64,000 nucleotides of DNA, taken from the NCBI GenBank assembly GCA_951406725.2, contig OX597822.1:48794001-48858000 (forward strand). Direction: 5' to 3'. Below are positions 13,690-26,600 of the stretch, in pieces. The notes below the pieces were generated by a model that did not search any database, had not been told where the DNA came from, and was given only the letters and a program-made list of their open reading frames with translations. Both the position numbers and the translations under genes were made by a program. Each line of letters opens with the position of its first letter. Position 1 is the first letter of the stretch. The stretch comes from Octopus vulgaris. Its lineage: Eukaryota.

Positions 13690-15448
13690 CGTGTGTTGTT
13701 ATCTTTGATTTGAAGTTGAAATTTTGTTGTGTAAAGTGATTAATATCGCGCGAGGCGTTTGCCTCCACGTTTGGAAACCTTCAGAAGAAGGTGAATTGAC
13801 CCTCTAGTCATGGCGACTTACGCGGGGGTCACGGGAAAGAAAAATAATGATTCGTCGATAATCGTGAAGGATGTTTTCTTTGAGAAAAGTAAAATCAAAG
13901 AATATGAAAAGCTATTCAAAAGGGAGGGTGATAGCGTGAAGCTAATCCCCCCGCGAAAGCAAAGGAGGACAAGGAAAACAAAACTGTAACGTATAGAACC
14001 CAGGACAAAAGTACAAAGAAACTGGCAAGAGTGGAGATAGCAGAGATCGAAAAATGTCTGGGAGACATAATGGATAAATCGACCTACGTGAGTAGAGGAA
14101 AAAAATTTGGTACGGTGGAGGTGAGATGTGCAACGGAAGAAATTGCAGCCTCACTGGCTACCACTGTTCTAAGAGCGGAATCATTTATAATGTGGCCCTC
14201 ATACAAGGGAAGAAGAGGGGTCCGGGTTAAAATCCCGAATATACCCCCAGAAGTAAAAACAGAATGGCTGGCAACAGCTATTCTAGGAGCAGCAGAAGAG
14301 GAAGTGGAGGTGGAATCCTTTAAGGAGTCCAACGCAGTAAATTGGAGAGGATATGGGGTAGAACTGTGTTTGATGGCCACAAAAGAGGACATTGAAAGGT
14401 TCCCCTATAGAATAGAAATCGAAGACGAGAAAACCCTCAGTGTAATTGTAGAGGGAAGAAAGCCAAACTGCTACTTGTGCGGGACAAGGGGGCACATTAA
14501 AAAGAGTGCCCGTTATATGAATTCATGGCGGAGTATGAGAAGGAAAATGAAGAAAAGAAGAATACGGTAAATGAAAAAGAAAACATAGAAAAGGAGACAA
14601 AACAACAAGAGAAAGGAAATAATAAGTCAACGAAGGAAAAAGAAATAAAAGAAAAGAAAGAAATAGAACCAAAACAGAGTCAGGAAAAGAAAAAGGAAAA
14701 AGAAACAACAGGAAAAAAACAAGAGAGAGAACAGAACCAAACGAAAGAAAAGACGGCACACAAAAGAAAAAGAAAAGGAACATAAAACACGAGAGAAAGA
14801 GAGAACAGACAAAGAACCAAAAAGACAAGAGAAGGAAGAAGAAAGAAAAGAAGGCAAAAAGAGAGAAAGAGAGAAACAAAGAGAGGAGAACAAGGAAGAA
14901 ATAAGCCCGAAAAGAAAAACGAGAGAAAACGTAGGACGGAAACAAGATTACTACAAGTTAATAACCTTCCATTTCAGCCCCGAAATGAAGGAATTGACAT
15001 GTAGTATGGAGGGACATGTGTGGGTCAACAGGATGACTGATCAGTGGCAGGAGACTGCTCTGATCCCCGAAGAAAGAGTCGCTGAGTTCCTCAGAGCAGC
15101 TGGAGAGAGTGTAATTTTTTACACGGGTGTTCGAGTGAAAGAGCGGCTGCCTGAGGGCTCAGTGATTGACTTTAGAGACTTGAAAAGTATTATGGAATAC
15201 GTGTGAGATTGTGAGAGGAGAGAGAAGAAAGAAGAGAAAAAAGAAAAAAAAAATTGTGAACTATATGTGACGAAAATGTAACCTCTCGATTCCGGGGATC
15301 GAGTGGGCATTTGCATCTCATTGTAAATATTCTTTCATTTGTCATTTTTATTTTTATTTTTTCCCTTCTTGTCATTTCGCTTTCTTATTTTAAGTTCCCC
15401 GATTGTATTGTCCCCTCTATGTTCGCCCCTTGTGGGTAGTAATAAAAT
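13690..15448 (+). mobile_element. ORF1-only non-LTR retroelement (L1/Tx1-related, Gag-like zinc knuckle), frameshifted
   Basis: ATG at 13810 (MATYAGVT). Frameshifts near 13950, 14500 and 14770 plus one in-frame stop join to CYLCGTRGHIKKECPLY (CX2CX4HX4C) and a K/E-rich region, ending at 15206. The 3' UTR ends gccccttgtgggtagtaataaaat. No ORF2. Confidence 0.75.
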
Positions 15449-15735
15449 CACAGAAAAGCACCTTCGAAAAGTGTCTTGGTGCGACTATGAAAGTTATCTA
15501 ATCAGAGGTGGTAAATTCGCCACAATAGAAGCATGGTTCAAGTCAACGGAGCATGCAAGGGAGTACTTTATTTTATTTTTACCTTTATATCTGGGACGCA
15601 GGACGTCCCGGAAAAAAATTTTAAATCCCCCTCCCTCCCAGAAGTAGAGGTAGGCTGGATTGTAGCCACACTTCAAGAGGGAGGACAAGATACAATTGAT
15701 CAAAATTACAAGAGACGGGCTAACAATTCCAGTCT
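15449..15735 (+). mobile_element. Older, diverged ORF1 fragment homologous to the preceding element
   Basis: FEKCLGATMK/YLIRGGKFATIEA/PLYLGRR/PEVEVGWIVA vs IEKCLGDIMDK/YVSRGKKFGTVEV/PSYKGRR/PEVKTEWLAT. Confidence 0.7.
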
Positions 15736-16166
15736 GTTATATATTTTGAGTATTGTTATCACTTGCGATATCAAGATATAACTTTGTATTTTGTATTTTA
15801 TGTGTAGATGTATATATATAGATGTACATGTAATATGTACACATATATATACACATATATACATGCACTAGCACTATGACCCAGCAACGACGGGTCTTTA
15901 ATGCTAGTATATATATCATCATCGTCTTCGTCATCCTCATCGTTTAACGTCTGCTTTCTATGCTGGCATGTGTTGGACGGTTTGGCTGAAGACTGGCAAG
16001 CCAGGGGGCTGCACCAGGCTCCAATCTAATCTGGCAAGACTCCTACAGCTGGATGCCCTTCCTAACACCAACAGCTCTGAGTGTTGTAGGTGTTTTTTAA
16101 GTGTTGCTGACACAGGGATCAGTCAGGCGGCACTTGCATTGACCATGCTGAAATGGTGCTTTTTAA

Positions 16167-16387
16167 CCCTTTCGTTACCAACCCGGTTGAAACCAGCTCT
16201 GGCTCTTTAGCATAAATGTCTTGTTTTCATAAGTTTGGAATTAAAATCTTCCACCAAATCTTAGTCACAATTTATGTTCCTAACACTAGCTTAATGATAA
16301 CTAAGTTATTTTACTAAATTCTTTGTTATATTTAAAATAATTGGAAGAAACACAGAGCATCTCAAAATAAATACGGTAATGAAAGGG
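16167..16387. mobile_element. piggyBac-like MITE with TTAA TSD, inserted in an RTE 3' UTR fragment (15917-16520)
   Basis: TTAA|ccctttcgttacc ... ggtaatgaaaggg|TTAA. Confidence 0.85.
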
Positions 16388-17088
16388 TTAACGTGCCACC
16401 AGCACTGGCATCAGACTTACTCGAATGGTGCTTTTTACGTGTCACTGCCACAGATGCCAGTCAGGCAGCACCGACATCAATCTCAACTACGATTTCACTT
16501 GACTCAACAGGTCTTCTTAAGTGCAGCATATTGGCTGATGATTGAAGGGGCACTTTTAAACGGACCAGTTATGTGACACTGGTATCAATCACAGCTATGA
16601 TCTCACTTGGCTTGCTGAGTCTTATATGTATATATGCATATATTTATATATGTATATATGTATACATATAATATATATATGTACATATATATATATATGT
16701 GTATATATATATACATATATATACATATATATGTATGTGTAGATATATATACATATATATATATATTCACACATACATATATATACATATATATATATGT
16801 ATACACACACACACACACACACATACACACACATCTATATATATATATATATATATAAATGGTGGTGCATCAGCATGGCCACAGCTCTGAACTGAAACTA
16901 GAAAGAAATATATATATATATATGTAGGTGTGTGTGTGTGTATAGGTATATATATGTATGTATATGTGTATATGTGTGTGTATATATTTGTATATACATG
17001 CGTGTGTGTGTGTGTGTTAAATAAAATGAGACAACAAAGCCAATGCAATGTGAAATTTCTAGTGCATTATTTATAAAGAGCAAGGTAG

Positions 17089-17134
17089 TCTTACAGCTGT
17101 TTCAGGGACACAAAAGACATCCCATCATCAGAGA
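17089..17134 (-). ncRNA. Minimal type-I hammerhead ribozyme motif (weak stem I)
   Basis: Minus strand reads UCU CUGAUGA uGGGA..UCCCu GAAA CAGCUG UA AGA: full core, palindromic stem III, GUA triplet. Confidence 0.6.
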
Positions 17135-17364
17135 GAATTTGAGAGAGTTAAAAAGATATATATATATATAGAGAGAGAGAAGGAGATTAATGTTTGTCTT
17201 TTATGTTGTGTTAGAAGAATTTAACATGAAACTAAAGAGAATTACTTAATACTTTTCGAAAGGTGCATATTTATTATCCTTTTTCAAAAAGAGAGGTGAC
17301 AGTGACTTCGAAGTGTTAATATAATCACCTCTGTTAGACCTCACCCCTCCTCTTGTAAAAGTAT

Positions 17365-17795
17365 TCTTTTATTCTTTTATTTCTTTCAGTCATTTGACTG
17401 TGGCCATGATGGAGCACTGTCTTTAGTTGAACAAATCGACCCCAGAACATATTCTTCGTAAGCCTAGTACTTATTCTATCGGTCTCTTTGCTGAACTGTT
17501 AAGCTATGGGGACATAAACACACCAGCATCAGTTGTCAAGCGATGTTGGGGGGAGACAAACACAGACACACAAACACACACACGCACACACACACACACA
17601 CACACATACACATATATATATCTATGTATATATGCGACAGGCTTCTTTCAGTTTCCATCTACCAAGTCCACTCATAAAGGCTTTGGTTGGCCCAAAGCTA
17701 TAGTAGAAGACACTTGCCCAAGGTGCCATGCAGTGGGACTGGACCTGGAACCATGTGGTTATTAAGCAAGCTACTTACCACACAGCCACTCCTGT
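17365..17795 (-). mobile_element. SINE family A
   Basis: Same head, core and tail as the 8556 and 51773 copies. Confidence 0.85.
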
Positions 17796-18167
17796 GCCTA
17801 TATATATATATATATATATATATATCAAAGCAAGCATGTGTTTATGTAATGTAGGGAGTATGGAGATGTAGTAAATAAATCTACCATCTAACAAGCTGTG
17901 CTTTTCGGGTGTGGCTTCTCAAACTCATATATGCACACACACACACACACACATATGTGTATATTCCTATATACTTTATTTGTTGGGTAACAAGATTACC
18001 ATTTGTTTCATCCAAGATGGATGTGAGTACTAACAGTCTTATGGTTCAGGCTACATAATTGCTGAGAATTCTTGGCATGAAACCAGTGGTAGCCTTGTTA
18101 ATATTCAAATAATGAACATTTATTGATCAATGTGATGTTCAGCACTCATTCTCACTCTCTGATATTG

Positions 18168-18216
<49 letters not shown>

Positions 18217-18396
18217 TGTGCACGTGCATGCATGTGTGTAATACATTTAATTTTTTTTTTTTGCTGAAGGTGGCTAGCTGGCAGAAACATTATGATGCCA
18301 GGCGAAATGCTTAGTGGTATTTCATCTGCCGTTAATGTTCTGAGTTCAAATTCTACCGAGGTCGACTTTGCCTTTCATACACACATACATATACAT

Positions 18397-18427
<31 letters not shown>

Positions 18428-18438
18428 CATACATACAT

Positions 18439-18478
<40 letters not shown>

Positions 18479-18547
18479 CATCATCATCATCATCGTCCGT
18501 TCTCCATGCTAGCATTGGTTGGACTAATATATATGCTATATATATTA

Positions 18548-18579
<32 letters not shown>

Positions 18580-19654
18580 CAGATGGGCTTCTTTCAGTTT
18601 CTGCCTACCAAATCTACTCACAAAGCTTTTGTCAGCCCAAGGCTATAGTAGAAGACACTTGGCCAAAGTGCCACACAGTGGGACTGAACCCCAGAACCAT
18701 GTGGTTGGGAAGCAAGTTTCTTACCACACAGCCATATATGTTTATATATATGTGTGTGTATGTATGTGTGTTTGTATGTGCATCTGCATAGATATATAGA
18801 TATATGATAAATATATGTACATATATATATGTATACGTACTATCATCATATATATACTTGTACACCCTATATGTACAGTGTTGCGTGTGTAGGTATATGT
18901 GAAGGGTGTGGGTGGTTCTGCCTTTATCATTTTCTCCTGAACCCACTTCACAGGCTCCACATCCACTTCCTGTTCTTCATGTTCCTGTAAGTCCTAAATC
19001 TCCACCCCACACCTCCTTACCTATTATATCCACCCATGTTAGTGTGGGGGGGGGGGGGCAGAAAGAAGAGTGAGATACAGTGGTTAGACAGGAGACAGGG
19101 GATAGACAGACACTACCACCGCTGCCACCACCACCATCACCACCAGCAACACCAGCAGCACCACCACCACCACCACTGCTACTGCTGCCGCCACCTCTGC
19201 CTCGCCGCCTCTGCCTCGCTGCCTCTGCTTCATCACAATCATAACAGTATTTACATATGATTTCCCCTTTAGACACCAATTGCCATTTCCCTAACAACCA
19301 CCACCACAACTACCACTGGCAACCACCATGTCTGTACTGCTTCCCATACATCAAAAAAATATCGGTGCTTGCACCATCACTACCACCACCACCACCACCA
19401 CTTCTCTACATTCACACACACACATACACACATGCACACGCACAACTACAAATGTCCTTTCTTTTTAAAGTTTAGTACTCGATCTATTGGTCCGTTTTTT
19501 TTGGCGGAACTGCTAAATTCTGGGAGTGTAAACACACCAACGCTAGTGCCGAGGGACAGAACACACACACAAAGACAGATACACAATGATGTGTATATAA
19601 AGAGAAAACGAGAGAGCGCGGGAGAGAGAGAGAAGTTTTCCACAAAAGCTGTCT

Positions 19655-20390
19655 TAGAACAATCTGCAGTTATTCACTAAAAGACAGTGTCTAATGTCGA
19701 CCTGTCTAGCAAGTGTCAGATTGGTAGAACTGAGAGCTTCCTTATGCAGTTTCAATTGTGCTGAGCTGGCCATGTTGTCAGAGTGAATGACGCAAGAATA
19801 TCCAAAGTCCTCATGTACAGCCAGCTTGACAGTGGGCTCAGGAATGTTAGTCGACCATAGCCCAGATATAAGGACCAGCTGAAGAGTAGCCCCTCCACAG
19901 TTAATATAGCTCACAATACGCTTGAGCAAACAGCTTTAGAGTGAAAAAATGGAGATTATCATGTCAAAATGGTATAAGAGACAGTTTCAACCAGCATTAA
20001 CAGGCTTAGGGTTCAAGGAAAAGGAGAAAAGCAACTGTAAATATATCTATTTCTTTACTACCCACAAGGGGCTAAAAACAGAGAGGACAAACAAGGACAG
20101 ACAAACGGATTAAGTCGATTACATATCGACCCCAGTGTGTAACTGGTACTTAATTTATCGACCCCAAAAGGATGAAAGGCAAAGCCGACCTCGGCGGAAT
20201 TTGGACTCTGAACGTAGCGGCAGACGAAATACTGCTAAACATTTCGCCCGGCGTGCTAACGTTTCTGCCAGCTCGCCACCTTATATATAACTGTAAATAT
20301 ACCATCTGTACTGACCTGTAATCCACATACTTGTAACATCTGTAGGCTTCTTTGCAAATCGTTGGTGGGACTCAACTGTCACATTTGATA
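19655..20390 (+). mobile_element. Decayed RTE LINE 3' fragment interrupted by a SINE
   Basis: QL.*AGHVVRVNDARISKVLMYSQLDSGLRNVSRP*PRYKDQLK; after the SINE, HTCNICRLLCKSLVGLNCH (zinc-finger remnant). Confidence 0.75.
20046..20288 (-). mobile_element. SINE family B, full length, 13-bp TSD
   Basis: AACTGTAAATATA at 20033-20045 and 20289-20301; tail tgtcctctctgtttttagccccttgtgggtagtaaagaaatag. Confidence 0.9.
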
Positions 20391-21026
20391 TAAGCATTAT
20401 GTCTGACAAAAAAGGTGTGCATTGTTGGATCATCATATGTTGAAACCAACAGTAAGAGTCCATCATCTATCAATATATATATATAGCGCCGCCTCGACTG
20501 GCACCAACCGATCATGGCCATTGCCAGCTTCGCCTGGCACCTGTGCTGGTGGCACGTAAAAAGCACCCACTACACTCACAGAGTGGTTGGTGTTAGGAAG
20601 GGCATCCAGCTGTAGAAACATTGCCTGATCAGATTGGGCCTGGTGCAGCCTCCTGCCTTCCCAGACCCCAGTCGAACCGTCCAACCCATGCTAGCATGGA
20701 AAGCGGACATTAAACAATGATGATGATGATGATGATGATATATAGGTTGAAAATATGTGGAAAACATAAAACGTGGAAGAGAAATGCCTTTGTTTCACAT
20801 AGTTTAATATCTCTTCAGAAGGAAATTCTTTTTCTTTTAAATATATACATATTTTATGGATGTAGTGATATCCAACCAGTTTTTGCTATTTAAATTAGCT
20901 TTTCAAGGGACATTGTGAAGTAAGCAATTCTTGTGGCAAAGGGGTCTCACTATTTTGGATGCTTGAAAAACAAGAATGAGTCTAGAAAGTGGACCAAGGG
21001 AGGTAACAGGTAACATAATTTTGCCA

Positions 21027-22375
21027 TCATCATCATCATCATCATCATCGTCGTTTAACGTCCGCTTTCCAGGCTAGCATGGGTTGGACGATTCAACTGG
21101 GGTCTGGCAAGCTCGAAGGCTGCACCAGGCCAGTCAGATCTGGCAGTGTTTCTACAGCTGGATGCCCTTCCTAATGCCAACCACTCCGAGAGTGTAGTGG
21201 GTGATTTTATGTGCCACCGACACAGGTACCAGACGAGGCTGGCAGACGGTCACGCTCGGATGGTGTTTTTATGCGCCACCGACACAGGTGCCAGACGAGG
21301 CTGGCAGACGGCCACGCTCAGATGGTGTTTTCTTATGTGCCACTGACACAGGTGCCAGACGAGGCTGGCGAACGGCCACACTCGGATGTTGTTTGTTACG
21401 TGCCCACAGCACGGAGGCCAGTCTATGCGGTACTGGCTACGGTCACGTTCGGATGGTTTTCTTATGTGCCACCCACAAGGATTCAAATTCATCTATTTTA
21501 TTTGGTTTGATTTGATTTGATTTTGATTTTGATTTTCACTTGCCTCAACAGGTCTTCACAAGTGTCACAAGGAGGAAGGTATGCACAGGTGGACTGACTA
21601 CGTCCCAGGTAGGGGCCACGGGTTATGGCTTCACTAGTCTTGTCGGGTCTTCTCACACACAGCATACTTCCATAGGTCTCGGTCTCTAGTCATTTCCATG
21701 GTGAGACCTAACGTTCGAAGGTCGTGCTTCACCACCTCGTCCCAGGTTTTCCTGGGTCTACCTCTTCCACGGGTTCCCTCAACTGCTAGGGATTGGCACT
21801 TTCTCACACACCTATCTTCATCCATTCTCGCCACATGACCATACCAGCGCAATCGTCTCTCTTGCACACCACAACTGATGCTTCTTAGGTACAACATTTC
21901 TCTCAAGGTACTAATGCTCTGTCGAGTATGTACACTGACATTACACATCCATCGGAGCATACTGGCTTCATTCCTCACGAGCTTACGCATGTCCTCAGCA
22001 GTCACGGCCCATGTTTCACTGCCATGTAACATGGCTGTTCATACACATGCATCATACAGTCTGCCTTTTAATCTGAGCGAGAGGCCTTTAGTCACCAGCA
22101 GAGGTAAGAGCTCCCTAAACTTTGCCCAGGCTATTCTTATTCTAGCAGTTACACTTTCAGCGCACCCACCCCCACTACTGACTTGGTCACCTAGATAACG
22201 GAAGCTATCAACTACTTCTAGTTTTTCCCCCTGGAAAGTGACGGAAGTTGTTTTCTGCAGATTTTCGGAGGTCAATGCTACCAAGCATCTGCCACATACA
22301 AAAACTATCTTCCCAGTTAGCCTACCTTTGACATTGCTGCGCCTCTTATGTGTCCATAGCTTACACTGGGTACTT
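21027..22375 (-). mobile_element. RTE-clade LINE, 5'-truncated, with repeat-rich 3' UTR and (GAT)n tail
   Basis: LEVVDSFRYLGD, RIRIAWAKFREL, LHGSETWA, RLRWYGHVARM, GRGRPRKTW; one in-frame TGA at 22039-22041; about 60-bp tandem repeats in the UTR. Confidence 0.93.
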
Positions 22376-22606
22376 TTTTTATACATTTTTATATTCATAC
22401 ATATGTGTATGTGTGTATGCGTGTAATGAAAGCAGCTATACTCAATATAAAACCGAAAAGTTCAATTGTCACTAGTTGTGAATGAGGATGCAGGGCAGCA
22501 CCTACATTGCTAGAAATAAGAGCTAAAAAGCCATTACAGCCACAGGAAGCATAGTTTATATACTGACAGGAGAGATAACTGCCCCACAGTGAATGAGATC
22601 ACTATA

Positions 22607-22925
22607 CAATAATCCCTTGACTATTGCGGGTGTTACGTTCTAAGAACCCCCTCCTCCCCAATAGGTGAAAATCCATGAAGTAGAAACAGTACTGTACTGT
22701 ATACTTTTTAAAAATTATTTTTACAATTTATAATAATTTTATTATAAATGTAAAACAACACCACGGAAGAATCGATGTTAGCTTATGAACTACGATAGGT
22801 GAACTGTGACAGGTGGATCATGATGGTTGAACCACAATAGGTGAACCATGGTAGGTTAACCTTGATAGATGAACCACTATAAGTGAAGCATGATAAGTGA
22901 ACCGCAATATGGCAAGGGATTACTG
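22607..22925. mobile_element. Tc1/mariner (pogo/Tigger-like) MITE
   Basis: TA|caataatcccttgactattgcgg ... ccgcaatatggcaagggattactg|TA; internal about 16-bp repeats (ataggtgaacc). Confidence 0.8.
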
Positions 22926-24170
22926 TACTAATTTTGTTTGAATATTAGAAACTCATCAGTAGTGACTACTTCATCCCTGGATGGTTAAGCTAAATCCCAG
23001 CTGTCATTATATATATTTACCATATGAATTTACGGATGGTTTAAATATGCATGAATGCAACAGGCTTCTTTTGGTTTCCATTTACCATCTCCATTCACAA
23101 GGTTTCGGTTGGCATGAGTCTGTGGCAGAAGACACACACTCATGGTGCCACCTCAAACCATGTTGTTGAGAAGCAAACTCCTTAACACACAGCCTAGTTT
23201 TATGGATATATGCCTCAGAATTTCTATTTCGTTTTTCACACATTCACTTGTTTAGGTCGAACTATGTAAAATATTTGAGAAAGAAACCCAGCTGTTTCTT
23301 GAAATAAATACGGCTAAACCAAAATTTTTTTCATGGACCCTTGATATGCTACTGTGGGTCCCCAATTTAATATTTTGGCCCCACCAAAATGTTATATGGA
23401 ATCACATGGATTACATGAGCTCCAGTTGAGAAACATAGTTCTATATGCTCAGTCGAGCAACGACAAACAGCTTCAAAATCTTCTTCCTCATATCACAACA
23501 TAACATTTTACACATGGAAAAAGAACATTAGGATAATGTAATCCTAGATAAACTATGCCTGAAAAGAAAAAGAACCCTGATAAACAAAAGTCAAGAAAGG
23601 ATAGATATTGCTTGTACACCTTTGATCAGAGACAGATCTGCTCATTTAGGGTTGACCTGGGGTAAACAACATCACTATAAACCCTCACCCCTAACAAACA
23701 CTCTCCCATTCCACCCCCTCTCATTCCCATTTACAGAAAGCATCTGGAATTGGTAAGGAGGATATATAAAGCTATTTCACTCATATCTTTTACCCTCTTG
23801 TTTCCACCCCCTCCTGCTTCTCCAGGCATAGTGAGATCTTAATGTTTAGTAGGAGTGTGCAGGGGTGTAGATTAGGAACAGGGGTGGATTTGTAATTCCT
23901 GTTTGCTAGCTGGTAACTAACTGCCCCACCCTCAGGCATTCAACCCTGCTACCAGAGAAAACATGGTGCTTTTATCTTGAAATCTTCTGGCATTTCAGAT
24001 ACACAACATCTGGACAGACACCCTGGCTATCTTAAGATGCCAGTTGTTGCTATATATACATACATACATACATACATACATACATACACGCATACATACA
24101 TGCTTATGTGTATACATATATCTATCTATATATATATATACACACACATATATACAATATACATATGTAC

Positions 24171-24237
<67 letters not shown>

Positions 24238-24268
24238 GTGTGTGTGTGTGTTTGTGTGTATATATATT

Positions 24269-24312
<44 letters not shown>

Positions 24313-24337
24313 TGTATATACATGTATGTGTGTATGA

Positions 24338-24370
<33 letters not shown>

Positions 24371-24793
24371 TACACACACACGTACATATGCATATTTCTA
24401 TAAATATTTTCTGTACATACTTGTATATATATATTCTATGCTAGTACAATATACATGTGTGTATCTGTGTGTATAAGTTTATCATCACCATTCTCATTAG
24501 TTCCTTTCTTCTCTCCTTACATATGTTTAGGTTTTACTTGTCTACGTTTAAATGAATAAATGTTTAAATATATTATATAATATATTTGTGTGTGTGTGTA
24601 GATATATACATATATTATATATATATGTATATACATACATATGCATGTATGTATGTATGTGTGTATATATATGTGTTTGTGTGTGTGTATATACATATAT
24701 GTATGTTTATATGTATGTATGTATGTATGTATATTTGTATATATATATATATATAAAAATTTATATATATATTTATATTTATATATCTATGTC

Positions 24794-24868
<75 letters not shown>

Positions 24869-25078
24869 AACATGTAAGTTAATTAGAAGACACATTAGTG
24901 ATTACTGGTGATTACATCCCAGAAAACATTGGTTTTATACCCAATACTTTAGGGAAATAAAATTTCCCTAAATCAATATGTATATATTAAGCATATAATC
25001 TATATTGAATTAACAGAAGAAAAGAAAATGAAGACTTGAAAGTTGATAATTATTTATTAATAAGTTGATAAATCTTAC

Positions 25079-25174
25079 TTCCTACAGCTGTTTCCATTTG
25101 TGCTCATTAAATAAATTACAAATTTATGCTTTAAATTTGTATTTATGAGATATGAGCAAAATGTCATCAGGGAA
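25079..25174 (-). ncRNA. Type-I hammerhead ribozyme motif with very long stem II
   Basis: Minus strand reads UUCC CUGAUGA CAUUUUGCUCAU...AUGAGCACAAAUG GAAA CAGCUG UA GGAA. Confidence 0.8.
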
Positions 25175-25288
25175 AATGATATACAATAAAAGATTACTTG
25201 TTGGCCTCTTAGTTCATACCAGTAGACTAAATACATGAAGTATGTATATATGCATGACTGTATGGCTAAGGAACTGGAAGAGGCCTGC

Positions 25289-25319
<31 letters not shown>

Positions 25320-26105
25320 CTGTGTGTTCTTGCCTTGATATGATATTGTGATAGTTGTAAACAAGAACTACTGTCATACAAGCAGTGTCATTCATTTTCA
25401 ATCTTCCATGAAAACATGTCTGGTCATGAAAAGCTGTTATGCATGCTGCTTGGAAACAAGCAATGGTTTGCAACAGGGAAGTTATCCAGTTATAAAATCT
25501 GCATCAACCTATTCTGCTGACCAATATAAACATAGAGAAAGGGACATTAAGGCAGTCAATGGAACTTGAACCCACCTCTACTGACCCGCATCTGTAAACA
25601 TGACAGATATTCTACCATTGTACCAACTCAACCATTTCATTTTACCGTTGCACTTTAGAAGCTTTTGTCTTAACAGTGAGAATTTTATATTGTCTATGTC
25701 ATAAGAATTTAGACTTTCCCAATCCAAAGGGCTTTCTTAACCCAATAATTATAGCTTTATCTGCTTTGAGATCCACTGTTCCAAACAACAATTATTTCAT
25801 ATTTTCCTCCCTAAGTTTCTAGTATTTTATGGCATCAACATGCATATAACGTCAGCTAGGGAGTTGCACCAGCCTCCATCTGACTGTTTTGGCATGGTTT
25901 CTACAGCTGGATGTCCTTCATAATGCCAACCACTTGACAGAGTGTACTGGGTGCCTTTTATGTGGTTCTAACATATGATCACAATCATGAGGTAACGAGT
26001 TCAATTCCCAGATCAGGCTGTGTAATGTTCTTGGGCAAGACACTTTATTTCATCTGGCTCCAGTTTCCTCACCTGTAGAAATGAGTTGTGACATCATTGA
26101 TATAT

Positions 26106-26140
<35 letters not shown>

Positions 26141-26179
26141 CATATATACATATATACATATATACATATATATATATAC

Positions 26180-26211
<32 letters not shown>

Positions 26212-26558
26212 CATCATCATCATCATTGCCATTTAACGTCTGCTTTCCATGCTGGCATGGGTTGGACGGTTTGACTGAGGACTGGCGAACAAGAAGGCTG
26301 CACCATAATATGTGTGTGTTTGTGTGTGTGTATGTATATGCGTACAAACATGTATATATATATATATATGTAATTGTATGCATGAGGGTGCATGTTGGTA
26401 TATGCTGCATGCAATACAAAAGATGAACAGCAGATAGAAAAGAACGACAGCACTTTTCTTCATTCTTCCACGGCCCTTATCACCACAGATTCTCTCAAAC
26501 CCACAACACCAATAATAGATTCCCTCCCACGTACACTGCTCTCTCTCTCTCTCTCTCT

Positions 26559-26600
<42 letters not shown>

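Larger units (their letters stand above)
13112..15907 (+). mobile_element. Putative non-autonomous Helitron containing nested retroelements
   Basis: A|TCtttatatatataaaactgag 5' end; 3' hairpin gaccc..gggtc at 15878-15896, then CTAG|T. Pairing of these two ends is inferred. Confidence 0.5.

Noticed and set aside
20800-20835. Minus-strand CUGAAGA...GAAAC hammerhead-like string
   Set aside because: Stem II does not pair and the NUH triplet is missing.
21205-21400. About 60-bp repeats and their ORFs (MPPTQVPDEAG..., CHRHRCQ...)
   Set aside because: Non-coding tandem units of the RTE 3' UTR, present in many copies.
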